A stretch of 64,000 bases of DNA from Trichoplax adhaerens. Its lineage: Eukaryota > Animalia > Placozoa. The stretch is taken from positions 3,788,449 to 3,852,448 of the forward strand of contig NW_002060949.1 in assembly GCF_000150275.1 (NCBI RefSeq), given 5' to 3'. How positions within the stretch are numbered: the stretch's first letter is position 1; each line of letters opens with the position of its first letter. A program made the position numbers and the translations under genes. Positions 55,959 to 64,000 of this stretch are shown here, piece after piece. The notes beneath the pieces were generated by a model. It was not told the origin of the DNA. It made no database searches and worked only from the letters and a program-made list of their open reading frames with translations.

Positions 55959-58900
55959 TCAATTTACTTTGTAATATGTCAATGATTCGTAAAGTAATCA
56001 ATCAAAGATGCTCTGCTGTGTACTACAATAGTTTATAAAGTTAAGGTTCATACTATTTTGTAACCGATTAAAAATGGTATACTTCTATCAGCATTCTTTT
56101 ATTTGATTCGTTGCTGTAAAACTGAAGTTTTGGCGGTTATTTATTGATAAAAATACTTGAATATCGCTGCTGTTCCTATATTAAGATTAAGAAAGCAAGT
56201 AAAAGAATATAGTTTTGACGTATCTACGGTAGTACCGTGTAATATCTGATTTTTTCTGCGGTTTCATTTTTTTATGTAAATGTGCTAAGCAAGTTAATAT
56301 TTTGTACATTATGCAAATAGTAAAGGAAATCATTAGTTGGTTTTGTTGCGTTGTTGCTAGACAGGTTATCTTTCTAATTTGCATTATCGTGAGATTAAAA
56401 TCATTTTAACGAAAGGCACTATGAATAAATCTATTAATTGTACTTGAGTGTTACTTGAACACGTACTGTATATGTTCTGTGTTGCAAATATTTAGTTAAA
56501 CTTGTTGGTTTAGGGATACACTCATATTGAATAATAACACGACGAAATCCTATGTTTAAAATATAGTGTAAACGGTAGTTGTAGTTAAAATAAATGTATA
56601 AGAATTTAAAACAATTTTACGTTCAAATCTTCCCGCTGATGTTTAAATACTTGCAGATTAACTTAACTGTTTCCGTAACATTTTTATGCAATTAGAAGGA
56701 TCGTTAATTATTATATACGTTTTTACCACTTGGATTCTGTGGGTTGACTACAATACGTACTGTATGTTTAGATTTCAGGAATATAAATTGCAAAAGATAT
56801 AGTTTATCTATTACAACGATTTTCATAGAAATGTTCCATTAAATATCCGTAAATTTCAATATTGTGTTTTCTTGCTCTAAATCTATTTTCAAAATGCCCA
56901 CTTAGTCTATTCCTGGAATACATTAAGGAATCTATGCTTTGCAATATGGTAATTAGGATGGTAAGCAAATCGTGAAATCCGGGCGAATTAACAATACGTA
57001 TTTCCCCGTACTATTAGTTCATTACATTCGATAGGAAGCCGATAAAGTTCAACCAATTGGCAATCATTATGACTGATTTTGGCCTTGATGGCATGCGCTA
57101 ATTATGCTTATAATGCAATTACAATTATTGGAAATTAGAATAATTTTAAGATTTTATCTTTACGTAAGAAATATGCCAACTAATATTTGACAAAAAATAT
57201 GGAGAAATATAAAGTTGAAAGAGCAACATACAATAATTTATTTGACACAATCTCACAAGTATTTACCAATTCTAGTAAACAACAGTATTTACACTTACTG
57301 CCAATTGAAATCATAAAAGTTTAACTAGATCTTGTTGATGATCGCATATTGTAGGGTGTTCGACAACATGTCTAGTGCATTTCAATTTGATATATCTAAA
57401 TACTATTTTAGTAACTCGACCAAGGGAAATATGATGTGAAAAGTTATGATCGGAATTAAAGCTTTCGTGGTATTTCCATGAGTTGTTCAGATCTGGTTAA
57501 TTCGAATTTTCTTACAGAAGTTAAGAATAGCAAATTACGGAAACATCACTAGTCGGCTTATACGCATACAGTATGTACTATAATTTCATTTAATTACTTT
57601 TAACTGTAGAACAGCACGAGGGCAGGTGATATTTATTTAAGCTAGAGTAAATACATTATAACTGGCTTATAACAGCAATGTGGAGACCTTATGTCGTTGT
57701 TTGTTATATATTCGTAGGTAGTAAATATAATAAGTAATTTTCCATGACTATTCCGGTTTCATTGATTCCTCGATGAGTACAATATCCAGTTTTAACATAC
57801 AGAAGTACATCACAAACGATGTAATTCTTGTAGTATGCTTTGAACTTGACTCATTATCGATAACTCCTTCTTACCGCCCTTTGAACTGGCTGTCAATAAA
57901 TGCATGGCCATGATGATGTAACTAGCACTAAATAATATACAGCAATTGTAGATGCTACGCCCTTTGAACTGGCTGCTAATAACAGTATGGCCAAATGGTC
58001 ATGACGACACAACTTGCACTGTGTAAAATCATGTCCTAGAAGGCTAATCGCTAATTTTTTTTCATTATTTACATTTTATCTTGTTACTAAAATTGTATCT
58101 ACAAAATAATTAGGTACGTGCCAGCGTCGACAGTCTCAAATCGCCGTGCTTGCCCTGTTAAGATACTGAAGAGGAAATTGTTGTGCAACATTCCGTAAAA
58201 ATTCTATGACAGCATCGTACGTATTATACAATTCTGCTTTATTAACTAAGATACGTACCATGCTATGGTACACTCACGAATTAAGTTTCAACTTTTAAAC
58301 ATTTAGTAAAAACTGATCAATTTTCAACATACTTCCTAAGAATGACTGAGAATTGGTAACCCAAACGTGTTACTACATCACTAGAAAAATTGTACTAAAG
58401 TGTCGGCAACGCCTACGAGCCCACACAAGAAACTTCCATACTGTCAATTTAAGTGAAAGTTCATTGTAGACGATACCCCTTTCAAGTTGCTTCTCTCCAT
58501 CGGCTGATTCCATGTATCTACTGTATATGCAATTATCGGAAAGGCACGTAGGTTTAATTGGCAGTATTCTGTACAATAGTAATTATCCATTTATAGTAGT
58601 TCAACATGATGAAGCTGTTCGTAATACTTATTAAGTGATCATCTTCTGTAATTGAGAAAGAGTATTCAATACTTATAACTGCCTGCGTTAATTTATTTAT
58701 TGGAACCACATCGTGTGCTTAAGTAGCTATCAAACACGCTAGAATTTTGTACTATACAATGCACTGCTAAAATTTGGTACAGCGTAATCCACACATGCAG
58801 ACATGGATGATGGCTTTATTGTACATCATATTGACTTTCAAACAAGAATAGCCGATATTATAGCTTACTAAAGAAACGTTTTATGTTATTATGGCTTTCG

Positions 58901-59887
58901 CCGTGAAGGACTGTCCATCTGATCAATTATGACTGCATTACATTACAGTATATAATGTGCTCAGTAGATCGCATAAACGATTCCTGACTGAAAAGTAACC
59001 TGCTGTTAAGCGACTTCCCCATTACAGTATTTATTTTTGGGGGGGGCTATGAACTCCGGTACTGTATATTGCATTGGGTGTACAGTATAAGTGTATTTGC
59101 AATACCATTAACTGCGGTATCCCATATGACTAATTGTTAACGTCAGCAGACATCTTTGTCGCACGTGCTGAACTCGATAAAGGTATTGACCTGATTTTTG
59201 TGTAATACTGCCTGCGCACACGTGTAACATGGTGAATTAAAATTAAAATCACGATTGATTCCTTACATGTAAAGATCGATTACACAAGTTGTAACATGTT
59301 TGCCCAAAATAAAAAATACGACCCCGTAATTGATGTGATTCAATTTTAGCTGTTTTCAAACTTGACATTGAAGCGCACGTTTACTTTATCCTATCAAAAT
59401 AAATATGCTTACAAATATCCGTAGTTGGATGTAACTCTATTTTCAATGACGTACAAATAAGGTCATATCGTATTTTGACGACGATTACGTTGATAATGAG
59501 TTCATGAATGCTTAGGCCCAGTATATTTGTGGTGAGTTGTCGCTTCCGTACCGTATTAATAATTGAATCATTACTGCGAATACGTATTTTATTTATTTTA
59601 ATAGCAAAAGTTGAGCTCTACTTAGAGGCATTGTGTTGGTGTTGGCCTTGATTATGTTTCTACCGCACTCATATTTAATAATACAATTGACATTAACGAA
59701 AAGGAAAAGTGCAGTACAAGTGTACACAATCCACTAGCTGGTAGCATAGCAAAGCGAGAACTCGATCATTCTTTACACGATTACCACCAACTCAAGGTTG
59801 CAAAGCTTCAAAATTTAACAATTTTTTCTTGTCCGTGTTTGAACGTTTGCATTGTTCCATTGTGCCACTCTTGCTAGAATACCAAAT

Positions 59888-60090
59888 CCTGTACAGTACG
59901 CTGCACTGTACACTGTACTATACTGTACAGTACTGTACTGTACAGTACTGTACTGTACAGTACTGTAGTGTAGTCTACAGTACAATCGTGTGTCAAAACT
60001 TGGACTGCAATTCAATATTGAATGTTCTCGTACTACAGTCTATGGTACTGTAAGCTAGATACTGTAAAGTACTGTAGGCAGACTGTACTG
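59888..60090. repeat. (CTGTA)/(TACAG)-type microsatellite upstream of G9
   Basis: TACTGTACAGTACTGTACTGTACAG tandem and palindromic runs. Confidence 0.85.
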
Positions 60091-60496
60091 TAACGCACTA
60101 ATTCAAAATTGATCAGCCCACCTGATTATCTATGGGCACAGCGACAACGTTTCAATGGTATCAATCAACTCTGTACTGTATAGACAATAATTGAATCATA
60201 ACAACTTATTTTTTTTTGTCTTTTAATTTTAAGTAAACAAAACGTCTTGAATTTCTTTTTAACTTATGCAGTTCAAACGGCGACTTCATGGACCGATCAA
60301 TCTGATACAATTGCTATCATTGCGACGAAGTGTATGACACTATATAGACTGGCTCGATGGACGGTAATGAAAAGGTCTTAACAGTAATAATGACCTTGGC
60401 TTAATCATGCTTATATTGTATCATACAGTTGATACGCAATTGATTAGCTATCTTCCCATCAGCTTTTGTTCATAAGCAAACTTCATTTTGTGCAAA

Positions 60497-63400
60497 ATGG
60501 ATGTTGAACTTGGTAGCCAAAATACCAATGATGGTGGAACGAATGGACAAGATGGTCATCGATCGCCGCCTAGCTATAGTAGAGTACGATATGAACAGCA
60601 AAGACACAAGGAAGTCAAGCGTGTTCGTATCCTATCCATCATGGTTTGTGTAATGGGCATTATCCTGGTATTGCTTGTTTTCTTGCATATCGTCTTTACG
60701 AAAACTACAAATTATTTGCCGTTAATGTTCTCATCCGCTGGACTAGTAAGTATCATTACCAAACCATGCTTTCTGCCTCATGACTGCAATTGTCATCATA
60801 GTAGATTTCAAATGGGATAACTTTGTCTTCTACCACATCTTCATTTCGCTTGCAACAAGTTAGATTGCGCTATCTTTTCTAAAAAAAAATAGGGCCACAT
60901 CGTCTTAGTAAACTTGTTTTGACATGTTTTAGTTTGTTACCAACTTTTTTAAATGATTCAACTCTTCATTACTATCGCTTTCATTGATCAATTTTTTCAT
61001 AAGGCCGAACACTTTGTAGATCGCCGTAGTTTCCTTGCGATATACTATAAATCTCCGCTAAAAGCAATATGGAAGTAATATCGCAGCTAGATGTTAAATT
61101 ACTCTACCCTGCTTCTACAAAGGACCATTGAGGCAGCTGCGGTCACGATTACAGAAGTAATGAGTGTCTCTACTCCACCTAGTCCTTGCTAGGTACGAGT
61201 ACTAGTCTATATAGAAATTTCTAGTAGAACGAATTTTTTCAGTACGTATTTCTTAGCCGTAGTAGCCAAGCTAACAAAAATCCAAGTGTTACTATTCGAT
61301 GGCAATTTCATTGCTTACTAGATAAATAGAAAATGGTGCAGAAAATAGTAGATGCTAGATCGGTACGTACTGTAGTATCGGCTAATGCGGTTAAAACGAA
61401 AAATCTCCTCATTTATTTAACATTTCGTGAAATGTTCGATAGTCGCTGCAGCATGCTGTAAGCATTATGACATGGCTATATTGCCAAGAGTCGCCAATTT
61501 TTTGAATCAAATGTATACTTTTTATCATCATTTACTGTGATTATACTGTATTTTACTGCACTATATAGCATCGTAGTTTCGCATGGACTGTCCTGATTTT
61601 GTTAAGCGCTTTGTGTATGATACGATGCGCTAAGCATTTAAATCAACTAGGATCGGAACATAATAATACTGTATTTCTAGTCTGGCACTTTTATATACTG
61701 TATACATGTTACTGACAGATTCTAATCTTTGTAGACTATAAACCGAAGACGTCATTCATTTTTTTTTTTTAATCTGTCTCGACTTAACTAGATAAATTTA
61801 TCGGCACAATCAACTTACGTTAATTATCAACTTTCTCAACTGGATTTAAATGTTCACTTTACGCCTCTACGCTGAATATTAATGCCTATGACTTATAAGC
61901 ACTTATCATCAATAAATTTCAGATCGTTTTCTGCAGCAGCGTTCTAATCTATTCCAGCAGTGTGGAGAATGGAACGAGACTTTTAACATCCCATGTAAGT
62001 CTATTTACAGAATTATTCAAATTACAATACAGTAGTAGTCTGATTGAATACACCGTACACAGATATCTACACCAAGTTGTATAATGTGTTAACGTTTTAG
62101 GTTATTGTTTTGACAGTTGATGTTACTATTTAGTCGCATTGCTAAGTGCTATGTTTAATTAATTGGTTGAGTTAGATCTGGTCGATGTTGCCTTTCTACA
62201 TTAATTTCTCTCTATTACATAATAATAAAAAAATATTTTGCACTGTACTTAATAATATAGTCGTTGGTCCTTGCAAGACTGCAGACAATGTACGGTACTG
62301 CGCGTAAACACATTACTAGATTAGGTTAAGCAGTAGGGGGCACTAAAAGGATAGCAGGCATCGTACTATGGAAATTAATTTTGACCTAATCTGAGCAACC
62401 TCAGAACGTCAATCAAGTCTTTGTTCAATCTCTGACCAATCAGCTTTATGGACGTACAGTACAGGACTGTGATTGTTAGTACAGTACTTTGTAGTTAGAT
62501 TACGTAATGTAGCTTGTAAGTTGTAAACATAGTTGTCACCAATAAAATCATTTTGGTGTAAAATGAAGTAAAATAAATTTAATTTTTTGTTTTGCTCGAT
62601 CTGTTTTGAGCGTACCGTTTACCTATCACTTGTTTGTCTAGTGTAGTAGGAAGAGTTAAGAACAAAGTAAAAAGGAAATATCAGTAATTTTATACAAATT
62701 TCCAAGCACACACTTCAATTCAGTAGCGCTTGCTGAATTTACTCATGTATCAGCGCTGTAGGCTGCCTTGAAGGCTTGAGAAGACACCTGCTCATCCTAA
62801 GGATTCATTTTTTTTAGATACTGTATTGATGTGAATGAATGAATTAATGAAATGACCTTCTCACTCTAGTCATATTAGAACTAATGTACTGGGCTCGGTG
62901 CATACGTCCTGCACAGTACCAGATAATACAGTGCAGTCAGCACCGTACTACTTTATCATATACTGTATAGTAAAATAAAAAAAAACTAATTATTATTTTT
63001 ATATTCGTATTTATTATCTTTTATGTGTTTACTGCCAATTCTGAACTTGAACTCATGTGAAAATGAATCTTGTGTCAAATACTGTACTGTTATGGTTCGT
63101 ACTACGAATTTCGTAGTGTACATTGGCCATAGGGAAGGCGACATTTAAAGTTGTGCGTGGGTTCAACATTTTAACACCCATGTAGCCCTGGTTTCCACAG
63201 TGTTCCACGATAGTTCCCATGAAGAACAATATAGTATCCAGTACTGTCATGAATCACTAGATAACTTTATCAAGTATCTAGTGATCCTTGGTACTGTCTA
63301 CAGTGTCCAGTATTAATTCAAGAGCAGTTGATTATAATTACACGGAAATTGTAGTCTTTCAATGGATACTTTGCAGTGGTCTGCTGAGTCATTTTGCTGC

Positions 63401-64000
63401 ATTCATATTTATATATGCGCTGCTCGATGTACAAATTTGCAATTGAAATTTGTACTAAATGTACTACTTGTAAGATAATTTATAATTATAGAATGGAAAA
63501 TAAATGTTCATTTTATGATCATTGAATACAGAAAAATATTTCGTACTGCTTGTTGGGATGTTGCTGCATTCTATCCTTCGCTACTGGTATTGTGAGTGGA
63601 TTTAATGCCTTCCAAAATAGTATTGGTACATCAATCATTATCAACATTTTCATCTGCTTTTTCAATTTGATGTGCACTTGGGCCATCTATGCCGCTGGCT
63701 ATTCTATTCACCATAATAGAGTGGAAATCACTGTAAGTACTGTACATTGAAGTAAATTGGAGATATTGGTATGAGTGCTTTCCTTGATAGATACTATAGT
63801 TATTATTGATAATTAAGATATACTTAAATTGAACTGACAGAGAGCATCACGATGTGTGCAAAGTTCAACCTTACCTTCTCCACCAAGTTATGACTCCTGC
63901 TTGGCAACTACGGGCACTCCATCACAGACAAATTTGCCGATTTATGTTATAGAAACAGAGATCGTAAAGCTCCCTAACTACGATGAAGCATTGAAAATGA
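60497..64000 (+). CDS. G9: tetraspan protein with N-terminal PPSY and C-terminal PPSY, LPIY, LPNY; runs off the window end
   Basis: Exons 60497-60745, 61923-61994 (72 nt, IVFCSSVLIYSSSVENGTRLLTSH), 63532-63732 (201 nt, KNISYCLLGCCCILSF...RVEIT), 63841->64000 (RASRCVQSSTLPSPPSYDSC...NLPIYVIETEIVKLPNYDEALKM). All GT-AG, phase 0. Confidence 0.88.

Noticed and set aside
63256-63288. 11-bp inverted repeat in G9 intron 2 as a miRNA-like hairpin
   Set aside because: Stem too short and AT-rich; no other support.
1-64000. Assigning gene symbols (MS4A, LAPTM, FAM189) or a species name
   Set aside because: Similarity is only motif-level by eye and needs profile or structure searches. No tRNA or rRNA genes were recognised.

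Overview
AT-rich eukaryotic scaffold (GT-AG introns, five 50-N assembly gaps, no bacterial-style gene density). The compact, roughly one-third-GC architecture would fit an invertebrate such as a placozoan, but the organism cannot be established from the sequence. Manual splicing shows that nearly all coding capacity is one tandem gene family: 9 loci (G1-G9) plus 2 gap-adjacent duplicate copies. Each encodes a ~190-260 aa four-transmembrane protein from four coding exons with all introns in phase 0, a 72-nt exon 2 and a 195-207-nt exon 3. Exon 4 encodes a low-complexity cytoplasmic tail with PPxY/LPxY motifs (one also PTAP). TM1/TM2 weakly resemble MS4A/CD20-like proteins and the tails resemble LAPTM4/5 or ENTREP/FAM189. 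The family shows birth-and-death turnover (pseudogene, tail frameshift, segmental duplication) and a strong visible excess of amino-acid-changing substitutions in loop 1 and exon 3. Intergenic DNA holds two copies of a non-autonomous Helitron, a solo LTR whose empty site is in the window, tiny MITE-like elements, a 317-bp satellite, minisatellites and (TACAG)n microsatellites. Most ORFs in the supplied track are repeat-derived or unspliced exon read-throughs.
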